From: Hyalangium minutum
GTDB taxonomy: Bacteria > Myxococcota > Myxococcia > Myxococcales > Myxococcaceae
Assembly (NCBI RefSeq): GCF_000737315.1
Contig: NZ_JMCB01000001.1
Span: forward strand, 20,001-268,000
Length of the DNA stretch: 248,000 nt
Reading direction: 5' to 3'
In this document: one piece after another, positions 234,489 through 246,297 of the stretch
Position numbering within the stretch: the stretch's first letter is position 1
Layout of the letters: each line of letters opens with the position of its first letter
Notes under the pieces: generated by a model
Database searches by the model: none
Told to the model about the DNA's origin: nothing
The model's input: the letters and a program-made list of their open reading frames with translations, nothing else
Program-made: the position numbers and the translations under genes

Positions 234489-236264
234489 ATGGAACCACGA
234501 ACCTTCAAGACCGCGAGCCTCAAGAGCTTTCTAAACCTGGTCCTGGCCACACGGCCATCGCTGCCGCTGCTCCTCACAGCCCTGGGGCTGAGCCTGGGCT
234601 CGACGGCGGTGAGCCTGGTCGTCCCCCTCTTCACCAAGAGTATGGTGGACGGCTTCTCACTGTCGTCCCTCAACTTCACCCAGTTGGCGCTGATCGGCGC
234701 TGCCTTCGCACTGCAGGCCGGCGCGGGCAGCCTCTCGCTCTACCTGCTGACACTCATCGGCCAGCGGATCGTCGTCGGCATCCGAGACAGGCTCTGGAAA
234801 AAGCAACTGGCACTGCCCGTCCGCTACTTCGACTCGCACGGAAGCGGGGACCTCATCTCCCGCATGGTCAACGACACCGCCGCAGTGAAGGCCCTCATCA
234901 CCGAGAACCTCTCCGGATTTGTCTCGGGGATCATCGCCTTCGTCGGAGCCAGCTGCCTGCTCCTCTTCCTGAACTGGAAGATGACCCTGGTGATGCTCGT
235001 GGCCCTTCCCATCGGCATCAGCGCGCTCGTGCCGCTGGGCCGCACCATGCGCCGGGTGGCCATGGGCACCATGAACGAGAACGCAAAGTTCACGGCCATC
235101 CTGGCCCAGGTCCTCTCCGAGATCCGCCTGGTGAAGGCCTCCAACGCCGAGCCCCGGGAGTACCGCAAGGGACACGCGACCGTGGAGCGGCTCTACGAGC
235201 TCGGCCTCAAGGATGGGCGCATCCAGGCGCTGGTTGGACCGCTGATGTCCCTCGTGCTCATGGCTCTGCTCGTGCTCGTCGTCGGCTACGGCGGCTTCCT
235301 GGTCTCCTCGGGACAGCTCACTGCGGGCGCACTGGTCGCCTTCATCCTCTATCTGATCCAGGCCATCATCCCCATCGCGCAGATCACCGGCTTCATCACC
235401 CAGCTCCAGAAGGCTCGAGGGGCCACGCAGAGCATCATCGAGCTGTTGGAGCTCCCCGAGGAGAAGCCAGAGGAGGGCCTCCCTCTCGACTCGGCTCGCC
235501 AGCCGATCCGCTTCGAGCAGGTGAGCTTCAGCTACGTGCCCGGCGAGCCGGTGTGCCGGGACATGAGCTTCACCCTGGAGCCGGACACCGTGACGGCCAT
235601 CGTCGGCCCCAGCGGCGGCGGGAAGACCACCCTCTTCAACCTCTTGGAGCGCTTCTATGAGCCCGACTCCGGGAGCATCCGCATCGGCTCCGGGTCCCTC
235701 GATGCATTCTCCCTGGCCTCGTGGCGGAGCCGCCTGGGGTACGTGCCCCAGGACTGTCCCATCATGGCCGGGACGATCCGCGAGAACATCATCTACGGCC
235801 TGGACCGGGAACCCAGCGAAGAAGAGGTGATCGAGGCCGCTCGCATGGCCTACGCCGACGGGTTCATCCGCGAACTCCCCCGCGGCTACGACACCGAGGT
235901 GGGCGAGCGAGGCGTCAAGCTCTCCGGCGGGCAGCGGCAGCGAATCGCCATCGCTCGGGCGCTCCTGCGCGACCCCGACGTCCTCATGCTGGATGAGGCC
236001 ACCTCGAGCCTCGACAGCGCCTCGGAGCACTCCGTGAGGCTGGCCCTGCAGAATCTGATGCGAGGCCGGACGACGCTGGTGATCGCGCACCGCCTCTCGA
236101 CGGTGGTGGACGCGGATCGCATCCTCTTCATCGAGAAAGGACGGCTGACGGGGAGCGGCACCCACTCCGAGCTCTTGGCGAGCCATGAGCTGTACCGGAC
236201 CTTCGCTGAGAGGCAGTTGAGCCTGACCGACCGGGCCGAGGCGCTCGCATCCCCAGCGGCGTAA
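234489..236264 (+). CDS. multidrug ABC exporter (LmrA/BmrA-like)
   Basis: TMD+NBD; GERGVKLSGGQRQR. Confidence 0.9.
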   Translation: MEPRTFKTASLKSFLNLVLATRPSLPLLLTALGLSLGSTAVSLVVPLFTKSMVDGFSLSSLNFTQLALIGAAFALQAGAGSLSLYLLTLIGQRIVVGIRDRLWKKQLALPVRYFDSHGSGDLISRMVNDTAAVKALITENLSGFVSGIIAFVGASCLLLFLNWKMTLVMLVALPIGISALVPLGRTMRRVAMGTMNENAKFTAILAQVLSEIRLVKASNAEPREYRKGHATVERLYELGLKDGRIQALVGPLMSLVLMALLVLVVGYGGFLVSSGQLTAGALVAFILYLIQAIIPIAQITGFITQLQKARGATQSIIELLELPEEKPEEGLPLDSARQPIRFEQVSFSYVPGEPVCRDMSFTLEPDTVTAIVGPSGGGKTTLFNLLERFYEPDSGSIRIGSGSLDAFSLASWRSRLGYVPQDCPIMAGTIRENIIYGLDREPSEEEVIEAARMAYADGFIRELPRGYDTEVGERGVKLSGGQRQRIAIARALLRDPDVLMLDEATSSLDSASEHSVRLALQNLMRGRTTLVIAHRLSTVVDADRILFIEKGRLTGSGTHSELLASHELYRTFAERQLSLTDRAEALASPAA

Positions 236265-236282
236265 GCTGGGCCTGGAGAACCC

Positions 236283-236957
236283 ATGGCCAAGATCATGATC
236301 GTCGATGACGATCCCCACATTCGCGAGCTGGTGCGGCACTTCCTGAGCACCGTGGGCTTCGATGTGGTCGAGGCCCCGGACGGCCGCGAGGCCCTGCGCC
236401 TGCTGGAGTCCGTCCGAGCCGATCTGATCGTCCTCGACGTGATGATGCCGCACCTGGACGGCTGGGATTTCTGCCGCGAGTTCAAGCGCCGCAGGGACCT
236501 CCCCATCCTCATGCTCACAGCCAAGGGAGAGACCTCGCAGAAGCTCAAGGGCTTCGAGCTCGGAGCCGATGACTACCTGGTGAAACCCTTCGAGCCGGCG
236601 GAGCTCGCCGCCCGAGTCAAGGCGCTGCTCAAGCGCTACCGCATCGAGGCCTCGCAGACCGTCCAGATCGGAAGGCTGTTGCTGAGCCGCAAGAGCTATC
236701 AAGTTCAGGCCGGGGACGAGAGCCTGACCATTCCGCCAAAGGAGTTCGAGCTGCTCTTCAAGCTGGGCGGCTCGCCGGGCAAGACCTTCAGCCGGGAGCA
236801 GCTGATCCAGGCCATCTGGGGGCCTGACTTCGAGGGGACGGACCGCACCGTGGACGTCCACATCAACCGGCTCCGCGAACGCTTCCCTGAGGAGCGCTTC
236901 GGCTACCGCATCACCGCCATCCGGGGGCTGGGCTATCGGCTGGAGCCCACCCCATGA
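236283..236957 (+). CDS. OmpR-family response regulator (HssR-like)
   Basis: DDD..D..K; RTVDVHINRLRE. Confidence 0.9.
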   Translation: MAKIMIVDDDPHIRELVRHFLSTVGFDVVEAPDGREALRLLESVRADLIVLDVMMPHLDGWDFCREFKRRRDLPILMLTAKGETSQKLKGFELGADDYLVKPFEPAELAARVKALLKRYRIEASQTVQIGRLLLSRKSYQVQAGDESLTIPPKEFELLFKLGGSPGKTFSREQLIQAIWGPDFEGTDRTVDVHINRLRERFPEERFGYRITAIRGLGYRLEPTP

Positions 236958-238030
236958 AGCCTCTGACCGTGCGAAGTCGATATCGCCTCAAGTTCATGCT
237001 GACCACGTTGGCATTCCTGACGGGGCTGGTGCTCGAATGGACACTCGTGTCGTGGCTGAAGGAGCTCGCACTGGTGGCGCTCGGCGTGCAGCTGAGCTCC
237101 TACGTCAGCCGGCTCATCGACCTGGTGGTCTCGCTCTTTCTCTTTGGCTTCCTCATGTCCTTCATCGGCCAGGCAGTCCGGCGGCAGCCGATGGAACTGC
237201 TCGCGATGCTGAGCGACGCCCTGAGCCGCATTGCCCGCGGGGACTTCTCCGTCAGCTTGCCGGTCGAGAAAGCAGGTGAGGCCATTCCAGAGAACAAGTT
237301 CCACCAACTCGCCACCAACCTCAACCAGATGGCCGAGTCCCTCAAGCGGATGGAAGAGATGCGCCAGGAGTTCATCTCGAACGTCTCCCACGAGATTCAG
237401 TCGCCCCTCACCTCCATCCAGGGGTTTGCCCAGGCCCTCAAGGGCGGCGGGCTGTCGGAGGAGGTTCGTCAGCAGTACCTCTCCACCATCGAGACCGAGA
237501 GCCGGCGGCTCTCGCGCTTGAGCGAGAACCTGCTGAGGCTGAGCTCCTTGGACTCCAAGGCCCACGCTCCCGCGCCGAAGCCCTACCGGCTGGACAGCCA
237601 GATCCGCCACGTCGTCCTCGCGGCCGAGCCCCAGTGGATGGCCAAGGGCCTCGACGTCGCCGCCGAGCTCGATGAGCTGGTCGTGTCCGCAGACGAGGAC
237701 ATGCTGAACCAAGTCTGGACCAATCTGGCCCACAACGCCGTCAAGTTCACTCCACCGGGCGGGCAGATCCGGATCGAGCTTCGGCGCACGGAGGGGCGAT
237801 TGCTCGTGCGGTTCTCCGACTCGGGGATTGGAATCTCGGCGGAGGACCTGCCCTTCGTCTTCGATCGCTTCTACAAGGCGGACAGGTCTCGCAGCCACAG
237901 CGATGCCTCCACGGGCAGCGGACTCGGGCTCGCCATCACCCAGAAGATCGTCGAGCTCCACGGTGGGCAAATCGAAGTCCGGAGCGAGGGCCTGGGCAGA
238001 GGCTCATGCTTTACGGTGACCCTCCCGTGA
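236954..238030 (+). CDS. HAMP sensor histidine kinase (HssS-like)
   Basis: NVSHEIQSPLTSI; FDRFYKADRSR. Confidence 0.9.
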   Translation: MKPLTVRSRYRLKFMLTTLAFLTGLVLEWTLVSWLKELALVALGVQLSSYVSRLIDLVVSLFLFGFLMSFIGQAVRRQPMELLAMLSDALSRIARGDFSVSLPVEKAGEAIPENKFHQLATNLNQMAESLKRMEEMRQEFISNVSHEIQSPLTSIQGFAQALKGGGLSEEVRQQYLSTIETESRRLSRLSENLLRLSSLDSKAHAPAPKPYRLDSQIRHVVLAAEPQWMAKGLDVAAELDELVVSADEDMLNQVWTNLAHNAVKFTPPGGQIRIELRRTEGRLLVRFSDSGIGISAEDLPFVFDRFYKADRSRSHSDASTGSGLGLAITQKIVELHGGQIEVRSEGLGRGSCFTVTLP

Positions 238031-238073
238031 CAGGCGGTGGGTCACCTTGTCTTCACGTAGACACAGCCATCCG

Positions 238074-239332
<1,259 letters not shown>

Positions 239333-239569
239333 CGTAGACAACCCACGGCAGCGGCGAATGCGGAAGCGACGAAGGAGCGCACGCCGCGACTGGATGGGGC
239401 TGGGCTGCTGCGCCGGACTTTCGCGCTGGGAGCGGTGCAGGGGATCCTCGCCAAGCAGGACAGTCCCCTGCTCGCCCCTGAGCTGAGCCGCTCTGACGCG
239501 GCGCAGCAAGCCCGAACGCGCCGCCGCGAACCGAAGCAACTCCCGCTCTCGGCTGGCGAGAATTGGAAT

Positions 239570-240604
239570 ATGAGAACCCAGTCCCACCGCCCCCTCCTCC
239601 ACGTCGGCTCCACCGGCAGCCGCGTTCAGAAGGTCGAAGAGCGCTTGGAGTCGCTCGGCTACCTCAAGAAGGGTGCCGCCGACGACCGCTTCGACGCCGG
239701 CACCGCCAAGGCGGTGGTCAATTACAAGCGCGACCACGGCTGGACCGGGCAGCCGCAGGGGGTCGTCGGCGAGCGGATGGCTCGCTCGCTGAAGCACACC
239801 GACGCCGCCCCCACCGCCAACACCCCCACCGCCAATACCAGCGCTGCCACCACCGCCGGCGGCAAGGGCAAGACCCCATCGACGCTCAAGGGCGCGACCT
239901 ACAACGTCGAGCGCGACCGCAACCCCCAGCAGGTGCAGAAGTGGCTGGGCGACTTCGCCAAGAAGAACAAGCTCGACTTCGTCCAGGTCCAGGAGATCAA
240001 CGGCTACCACAAGGCCCTGGAGAAGATCCCCGGCTACCACCTGGTGACCTTCCCCAAGGCCAAGGACCACGGCGAGTCGGGCATCCTCGTCAAGGACAGC
240101 CTTCTCGCCAAGCACGCCGCGTCCATCCAGGGCGAGGGCGGCGGTTGGACCACCGTGCGCGGCGGCCACGCCCCGCCGCGGGCGGCCGTTGCCGTCCAGC
240201 TCGCAGGCTGGCTGAAGGTGGTCTCGGCCCACCAGCCGCCCTCGGTCGACTGGAAGAACGGGCACCCCGTCGGGCCGGAGAACCGGGTGAAGACCTACGC
240301 GTCGCTCTCCGAGAAGCTGCTCGCCTTCGCGAAGCGGCAGATCAAGAACAACCCTGATCAGGCCCTGCTCATCGGCGGCGACTGGAACGAGCCGGCGTCG
240401 ACCCGGGGGAAGTGGTCGCCGAACTGGATCGCCCAGCAGGCCGGCATGACCACCCACGGCGGCGCGAAGACCCATGGCAACGCCAGCATCGACTGGGAGA
240501 TGTCCCACGGGTGCCGGGTCTCGAACATCAAGGCCGGCCCGACCGGCGGCTCGGATCACAACATCGTCACCTTCTCCGTGAGCCGCCCGAAGGGCAAGCG
240601 CTGA
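239570..240604 (+). CDS. peptidoglycan-binding + endonuclease/exonuclease/phosphatase-fold protein
   Basis: LLHVGSTG..LESLGY; TYNV..QE..GGDWN..IDW..GSDH. Confidence 0.75.
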   Translation: MRTQSHRPLLHVGSTGSRVQKVEERLESLGYLKKGAADDRFDAGTAKAVVNYKRDHGWTGQPQGVVGERMARSLKHTDAAPTANTPTANTSAATTAGGKGKTPSTLKGATYNVERDRNPQQVQKWLGDFAKKNKLDFVQVQEINGYHKALEKIPGYHLVTFPKAKDHGESGILVKDSLLAKHAASIQGEGGGWTTVRGGHAPPRAAVAVQLAGWLKVVSAHQPPSVDWKNGHPVGPENRVKTYASLSEKLLAFAKRQIKNNPDQALLIGGDWNEPASTRGKWSPNWIAQQAGMTTHGGAKTHGNASIDWEMSHGCRVSNIKAGPTGGSDHNIVTFSVSRPKGKR

Positions 240605-240613
240605 ACCCGCTTC

Positions 240614-241450
240614 TCAGGCCTTCGCATCGAACCCGTCGGTCGAGACCGCGAGCGCACGCCATGCGGCGACCTCCTCAGCGACCTGCCGGTTTTTGGCCTC
240701 GATGCGCGCCAGCGTGTCACTGCCCAGGGGCAGCCTCAGGGGCGGGTTGGCGGCATCCGCCAGCGCCAGGAAGGCCTTGGCCAGCTTGGCCGGATTGCCA
240801 GGCTGCGCGTGGTTCAGCTCCCCTGCCACCGTTCGCGTGACTCCGGACGTGGCGGCGTAGTCGGCGATCGGCTGGGCCACCGAGAGCGACTGCCCGTCCA
240901 GGAAGTCCGTGCGGAAGAAACCGGGCTCCACGACGGTCGCCTTGATACCCAGGGGGGCCAGCTCGACGGCCAGGGCTTCCGTGAGGCCCTCCACCGCGAA
241001 CTTGGTGGCGCAGTAGACGCCCCAGCCGGCGTAAGCGCCGTAGCCTCCCACCGAGGAGACGTTGATCACGTGCCCCGAGCGCTGGCGGCGCATGTGCGGG
241101 AGCACCGCGCGGGTGACAGCCAGCAGTCCGAACACGTTGGTGGAGAACACGCTCTCGACCTCCTTCGCGCTGGCCTCCTCCACGGCGCTGAGCAGGCCGT
241201 AGCCCGCGTTGTTGACCAGGATGTCGATGCGGCCGAAGCGCTGGATGGCTGCCTCGACGGCCGCCTGGATCTGCTCCTCGCGGGTGACATCGAGCCGGAC
241301 GGCGAGCAGCCGCGGGTGGTCTCCGAACTTCGCCTGGAGGCCCTGCGGATCGCGGGCCGTGGCCACCACGGCGTCGCCCGCAGCGAGGACCTCGGCAGTA
241401 ATGAGGGCGCCAAAACCACGAGAAGCTCCAGTAATGAACCAGGTACGCAT
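240614..241450 (-). CDS. SDR oxidoreductase
   Basis: TGASRGFG, NNAGY, YCATK. Confidence 0.9.
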   Translation of the reverse strand: MRTWFITGASRGFGALITAEVLAAGDAVVATARDPQGLQAKFGDHPRLLAVRLDVTREEQIQAAVEAAIQRFGRIDILVNNAGYGLLSAVEEASAKEVESVFSTNVFGLLAVTRAVLPHMRRQRSGHVINVSSVGGYGAYAGWGVYCATKFAVEGLTEALAVELAPLGIKATVVEPGFFRTDFLDGQSLSVAQPIADYAATSGVTRTVAGELNHAQPGNPAKLAKAFLALADAANPPLRLPLGSDTLARIEAKNRQVAEEVAAWRALAVSTDGFDAKA

Positions 241451-241573
241451 GATGAGACTTCCTTTCCAGAAGGCCGCCGGACGGGTTCGTCGGCTGGCAA
241501 AGGAAAGGTAGCGGGAGGCATCTGGTGAGTGAATCTCTTGAATCCTCAATGAGCTGATGAGTTCATCTCAGCA

Positions 241574-242479
241574 ATGAAGCGAATCGATCCCGCTGCCCTC
241601 TCCCCCTTCCTCGCCATCGCGACCCACCGCAGCTTCCGCAAGGCGGCGGTGGAACTGGGGGTATCGCCCTCCGCCCTGAGCCACTCGCTGCAGAGCATCG
241701 AGGAGCGCCTCGGGGTGCGACTGGTGAATCGCACCACCCGCAGCGTCGCCCTGACGGAGGCGGGCGAGCGCCTCTTCGCGCGCATCCGCCCGGCCTTTCG
241801 AGACATCAGCGATGCGCTCGAGGATCTGAACGTCTTCCGAGGCCAGCCGATGGGGACGTTGCGCATCAACGCGTCCCGGCAGTCGTCGCAGCTGGCGCTC
241901 ATGCCCGTCGTCACGCGATTTCTCCGGGCTTATCCGGACGTGCGAGTCGAGATGAGAGTGGACGACGCCCTGAGCGACATCGTCTCGGAGGGGTTCGATG
242001 CCGGAGTGCGCTTCGGCGAGAGCATCGCTGCGGACATGCTCGCGGTTCCGATTGGCCCGCGGCAGAGGTCCGCCGTCGTCGGGGCGCCGGAATACTTCTC
242101 GCGCCATGCCATGCCCAGGACGCCGCATGAACTGCGCGAGCTGCCCTGCATCCGCTTCCGCTTTCTCAGCGGAGTCCTCTACCGCTGGGAGTTCGAGCGG
242201 GACAGCGAAGAGGTGGTGATCGAAGTCGATGGTCCCCTGACCCTCAGTGAGCAGGGGCTCATGGTGGATGCTGCGCTGGCGGGGGTCGGCCTGGCGTATG
242301 TCTTCGAGGCGCAGGTGAGCACGCTGCTCGCACAGGGCCACCTGGTGAGGGCTCTCGAGGACTGGTGCCCCTCTTATCCCGGCTTCTTCCTCTACTACCC
242401 CAGTCGCCGTCAGATCCCGACGGCGCTGCGAGCCTTCGTTGATTTCGTGAAGGCCTCGGCATCATCGGGAGACAGTTGA
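241574..242479 (+). CDS. LysR family regulator
   Basis: SFRKAA..SPSALS..RTTRSVALTEAG. Confidence 0.92.
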   Translation: MKRIDPAALSPFLAIATHRSFRKAAVELGVSPSALSHSLQSIEERLGVRLVNRTTRSVALTEAGERLFARIRPAFRDISDALEDLNVFRGQPMGTLRINASRQSSQLALMPVVTRFLRAYPDVRVEMRVDDALSDIVSEGFDAGVRFGESIAADMLAVPIGPRQRSAVVGAPEYFSRHAMPRTPHELRELPCIRFRFLSGVLYRWEFERDSEEVVIEVDGPLTLSEQGLMVDAALAGVGLAYVFEAQVSTLLAQGHLVRALEDWCPSYPGFFLYYPSRRQIPTALRAFVDFVKASASSGDS

Positions 242480-242499
242480 GCGGCAGTGCCTCCGTGTGG

Positions 242500-242925
242500 C
242501 TACCCCGCCTCCCCGTCGCGGCTGGCCAGGACCACGTAGTACCCGTCTGGATCCCGGAGCCACATCTCCCGGTGCTGGGGCGCCGGGTTCACGTGCGGCT
242601 CCTCGACCACCGTCGCTCGCAGCTTCCGCGCCCGCTCCACGGCCGCATCGAAGTCGTCCACCTCGAACCACAACAGGACGCCATGTCCAACAGGTGCTTT
242701 GTCCCTCCCCTTGAGGTTGGGGTGATCCTCGTCCTCCCAGCTATGGAGCTGGAGGATCAGCGTGTCCCCGCTCATCAGCCGGTCATAGAAGAGCCGGTGC
242801 GGATGATCTGGGTCCCCGGAGGACTCCACTCCCAGCAGGGCCTTGTACCAGGTGCTGCTGGCCTTCACGTCTCTCACCGCGATCAGCGGTTGAGCGCGCA
242901 CGGGTCCTTGTTTGGATTCAGCCAT
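242500..242925 (-). CDS. VOC/glyoxalase family protein
   Basis: VRDVKAS..WY..LLG; DPDGY. Confidence 0.85.
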   Translation of the reverse strand: MAESKQGPVRAQPLIAVRDVKASSTWYKALLGVESSGDPDHPHRLFYDRLMSGDTLILQLHSWEDEDHPNLKGRDKAPVGHGVLLWFEVDDFDAAVERARKLRATVVEEPHVNPAPQHREMWLRDPDGYYVVLASRDGEAG

Positions 242926-243115
242926 ACACTCCTCGCTTGATGCCGCTCATCATGCGAGGACCGACGCGCCGCCGTCTTGAACGAAATTGACCCTTGAGGG
243001 GAACCGGCTCGCGTCCACTTCTGACGCCGTCAGAAGTCTGCAGCGGCTGCTTCCGCTTGGCCACCCAGCTTGGCCACCCAGCATGGCCGCGCCACCTTCG
243101 GGGCCCAAGGGGCTC

Positions 243116-243196
243116 GCCAACGACAGGCAGGGTCTGGAGCGGCTATGCCGCTACGGAGCACGCGGGGAGTTGGCGCTGGAGCGCTTGTCACGAGCG
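243116..243196 (+). pseudogene. IS91-like (Y2) transposase core fragment
   Basis: ANDRQGLERLCRYGARGELALERLSRA. Confidence 0.7.
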
Positions 243197-243283
243197 ATCG
243201 ATTCTCGAGCACCTCAGCTCTTCCATCCTTCCTATGCGCCTCACACACGTTCGGACGGACGGAACGTTCGTCGAGCCGGTCCC

Positions 243284-245245
243284 CTACTCCTCCGGGAAGC
243301 CGCTGCCGTCCACGGCCGGGGGGACGACATCCACGTCACTCGCCAGCACGTAGGCGAAGCGGTGGTTGAAGTTGACCTGGTAGTAGAGGAGCTGCCCGGG
243401 GACATCCCGCTTGTTGGAGCCCTCGACCTGGGGCGCGTAGGTGGGCGAGTAGTAGTAGTCGCCCTTGAGCGGCCCGATCGCCACGTAGCGCTGGCCGGCG
243501 GGGATGCTGTACGGAGTGAGCGGGATGAGCGCCTGGGGAGTGATGCCCGCCGGGTACGCCCCCGCCTCCGGGTACGCCCGGCCGTAGAGCGGGATGGACG
243601 TCTTGCCCGCCTTGGGCGTCACGAGCATGCCGAACCCTCTGCGCGTGTTGACGTGGCCCGGGCTGTAGAACCAGGCCTTCTGGCCGCTGAACCAGATTGC
243701 GTCCCAGTCGCCCTGGTGGCCGGCCAGGGCGTACTGCTGGCCGGCCGCCGCCTTGTTGGCCCAGTTGCTCGCCCGCGAGGGAGTGTCCGTGATGAAGGGA
243801 TTGGTGATCAGCGACGCGCTCGTGCTGGGCGCCGTGTACAGGTACACGAAGTTGGCCGACTGGGTGGGCACCGCCCGGCAGTCGGTCGAGGAGTAGCAGT
243901 ACGTCATCGCCGGGGTGTTGGTCTGAAAGTCCGGGGCGATCTTCACGATGCCGGGGTTCAGGGGCTCGCGCTGCTCCAGCTCCGCGCCGACCAGCTCCAT
244001 GTAGTGGTCCCAGTCCCAGAAGGGGCCCGGATCCCAGTGCTGCGAGGCCTGGTTGGTGGTCGACGTGCCCGGCACGTTGTCGTGGCCGACGATGTGCTCG
244101 CGATCGAGCGGCACGTTGAACCGCAGCGCCAGGTAGCGTGTCAGCCGAGCCGAGGAGATGTACAGCTGCTCGCTGTACCAAGCGGCTCCTTCGATAGCGA
244201 CGCCCTCATGCTCGATACCCACCGAGTGCGCGTTGACGTACCAGTTGCCGGCATGCCAGGCGACGTGCGCGTTGGGGATCATCTGCGCGACATGCCCGTC
244301 CGAGGCGCGCACCACATAGTGGGCACTGGCCTTGTACGTGGGGCTCTGGAAGACCGAGAGCGTGGAGGCGTAGCTGCCCTCGGTGTCGTGGATGACGATG
244401 TAGCGAATGTCGACCCCACCCTCCGGGCGCTTCGCCAGGTCATAGTTGCCGTAGTTCGAGGGGCTGGAGGAGTTCTGCGCGTACGCGGCGGGGATGAACT
244501 CGCAGGAGGCCCACAAGGGGCACTCGGTGGAGGGGTTCGAGGTGACGCGCAGCGCCAGCGTGGCAGCGGTGAGGGGGTTGGGGGTGATGCTGTCGGACCT
244601 GAGCGTCACCTGCTGCCCGTCGGACGTGGTGCGCACGGCTCCCTGCCGGACGGTGTCGTACACCGCGTCCGCGAACCCGAGCGCCGTGGATTGATCCGAG
244701 GAGCCGCTGTACAGGACGACGGCGCCGTACCAGTCCGCCGTGTTCCCAGGCACCCGGCCCAAGGTGTAGCGCGCGTACTGGGTCAAGAGAGCAGCGCCGC
244801 CGCGGATGTTCTGCGCGGGATCGCGCTTGAGCACCTCGGGCTCCACGCCCAGCAGCTGCGCCGCGGTGTCCAGGGTGTGGAAGCCCGGATCGTTCTCGTC
244901 GACCATGCTGTACCGATCGACGTCATCCCCCTTGAGCGAGCCAGGTTGGGGGCCGTCCACGTGCGTCAGGTGCATCGGTCCGTACCCACCTGACGTGCTG
245001 GGCGCTCCGGCGTGGTGCTCCCAGCGCGACACGTTGTACGAGACGGAGAGCAGCAGGCTCTCGGGCACACCGAACTCGCGGGAGGCGGCGGAGAAGGCCG
245101 TTTGGAGCGACGTGGGACCGGCCTCGGGAGCGAAGCCCTCGGCCCCGAGCGCTGGAAGCGAGAGCAGGGAGAGCGCAACGCCCGCCCATACCCCCGCGAG
245201 GGACCACCGCTGAGCACCACTCGGTTCGACTCGATTCGTGTTCAC
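243284..245245 (-). CDS. secreted N-acetylmuramoyl-L-alanine amidase (Amidase_2)
   Basis: IVIHDTEG; ASAHY; AWHAGN; HWDPGP. Confidence 0.88.
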   Translation of the reverse strand: MNTNRVEPSGAQRWSLAGVWAGVALSLLSLPALGAEGFAPEAGPTSLQTAFSAASREFGVPESLLLSVSYNVSRWEHHAGAPSTSGGYGPMHLTHVDGPQPGSLKGDDVDRYSMVDENDPGFHTLDTAAQLLGVEPEVLKRDPAQNIRGGAALLTQYARYTLGRVPGNTADWYGAVVLYSGSSDQSTALGFADAVYDTVRQGAVRTTSDGQQVTLRSDSITPNPLTAATLALRVTSNPSTECPLWASCEFIPAAYAQNSSSPSNYGNYDLAKRPEGGVDIRYIVIHDTEGSYASTLSVFQSPTYKASAHYVVRASDGHVAQMIPNAHVAWHAGNWYVNAHSVGIEHEGVAIEGAAWYSEQLYISSARLTRYLALRFNVPLDREHIVGHDNVPGTSTTNQASQHWDPGPFWDWDHYMELVGAELEQREPLNPGIVKIAPDFQTNTPAMTYCYSSTDCRAVPTQSANFVYLYTAPSTSASLITNPFITDTPSRASNWANKAAAGQQYALAGHQGDWDAIWFSGQKAWFYSPGHVNTRRGFGMLVTPKAGKTSIPLYGRAYPEAGAYPAGITPQALIPLTPYSIPAGQRYVAIGPLKGDYYYSPTYAPQVEGSNKRDVPGQLLYYQVNFNHRFAYVLASDVDVVPPAVDGSGFPEE

Positions 245246-245376
245246 GCCAGATTCCTTTGAGACGGCACGCGACGGCTCTTGCGCTATCGGCCCGCGTCCA
245301 CTTTCTACGAAAAACAGGAATCACTGGCAATTCGTGCGACTCGGGCACCGCAGCGCCCGAGCACTGACGCTTCACA

Positions 245377-246213
245377 TCAAGTGGGCGTGGTCGCCGTCAC
245401 CTGACGCATGCCCCACCGCAGGGGAATGCTCCCGCCCGCGCGGCGCAGCGGCTCCACGGCCCGGAGGAACGAAGCCTCCAGGGACGCCAGCGCCGCCGGA
245501 GACAGCCGGTCCACGTCATACGTCATGCGCAGCGCATCCCAGACGGCGCGCGGCTCACCGTCGCCCTGGATCGCGAGCGGATGCGTCCGAAGGTCCTCGA
245601 ACCCCGCGCCGCCCAGCAGCGCCTGGAGCCCCTCCACGGTGCGGACGCGCGCATCCCCCAGGGGCGCCGGGGGCACGGCCTCCGATGCCAGCAGCGGACG
245701 CAGCAGCCCCACGAACACCTCCATGGCATCGCCGCGCACCATGTCCCCATTGACGACGAAGGACACCGTGCCGCCGGGCCTCAACACGCGTCGCAGCTCC
245801 GCGAGGACGCGCTCCACGTCATCCATCAACATGAGCGCCAGGTGGCTCAGCACCACGTCCACGCTGCCGTCCGCGAGCGGCAGTTCCTGCGCCCGTCCCT
245901 GATGCAGCGTCGCCGCTCCCCTCAGCCGGACGCGCGCCGCATCGAGCTCATGCGCGCTCATGTCCAGCCCCACCAGCGACAGTCCCGGCTGTTGGCGTGC
246001 CGCGAGCAGCTCCAGCAGGTAGCCATCTCCGCACGCCACATCCAGCACGGTCAGCGGCCGGGCCTCGCGGGGCACCGCCGCTTCCAACAGCGCGTACGTC
246101 GAGGGAAACGTCCGCCCGTCCCGGAGCACGGGCGTGCGCGCGAAGCAGCGGGCGGTCACTCCCACGAGGCGCTGGTGGTAGTCGAGCAGGTACGACTCGG
246201 CGGAGGAGGGCAT
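245377..246213 (-). CDS. class I SAM methyltransferase
   Basis: VLDVACGDG; RVLRPGG. Confidence 0.85.
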   Translation of the reverse strand: MPSSAESYLLDYHQRLVGVTARCFARTPVLRDGRTFPSTYALLEAAVPREARPLTVLDVACGDGYLLELLAARQQPGLSLVGLDMSAHELDAARVRLRGAATLHQGRAQELPLADGSVDVVLSHLALMLMDDVERVLAELRRVLRPGGTVSFVVNGDMVRGDAMEVFVGLLRPLLASEAVPPAPLGDARVRTVEGLQALLGGAGFEDLRTHPLAIQGDGEPRAVWDALRMTYDVDRLSPAALASLEASFLRAVEPLRRAGGSIPLRWGMRQVTATTPT

Positions 246214-246297
246214 GGGAACCGTCAGCGTTTGGCCTTCTTCTGGCCCGCGTTGGTGGCCTTGGCGGTAAGGGCCAGCACGGAGTACAGGTTCATCGTC

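Noticed and set aside
245284-245300. CCGATAG upstream of the amidase gene as a sigma28-like site
   Set aside because: The -35 position does not match the motif
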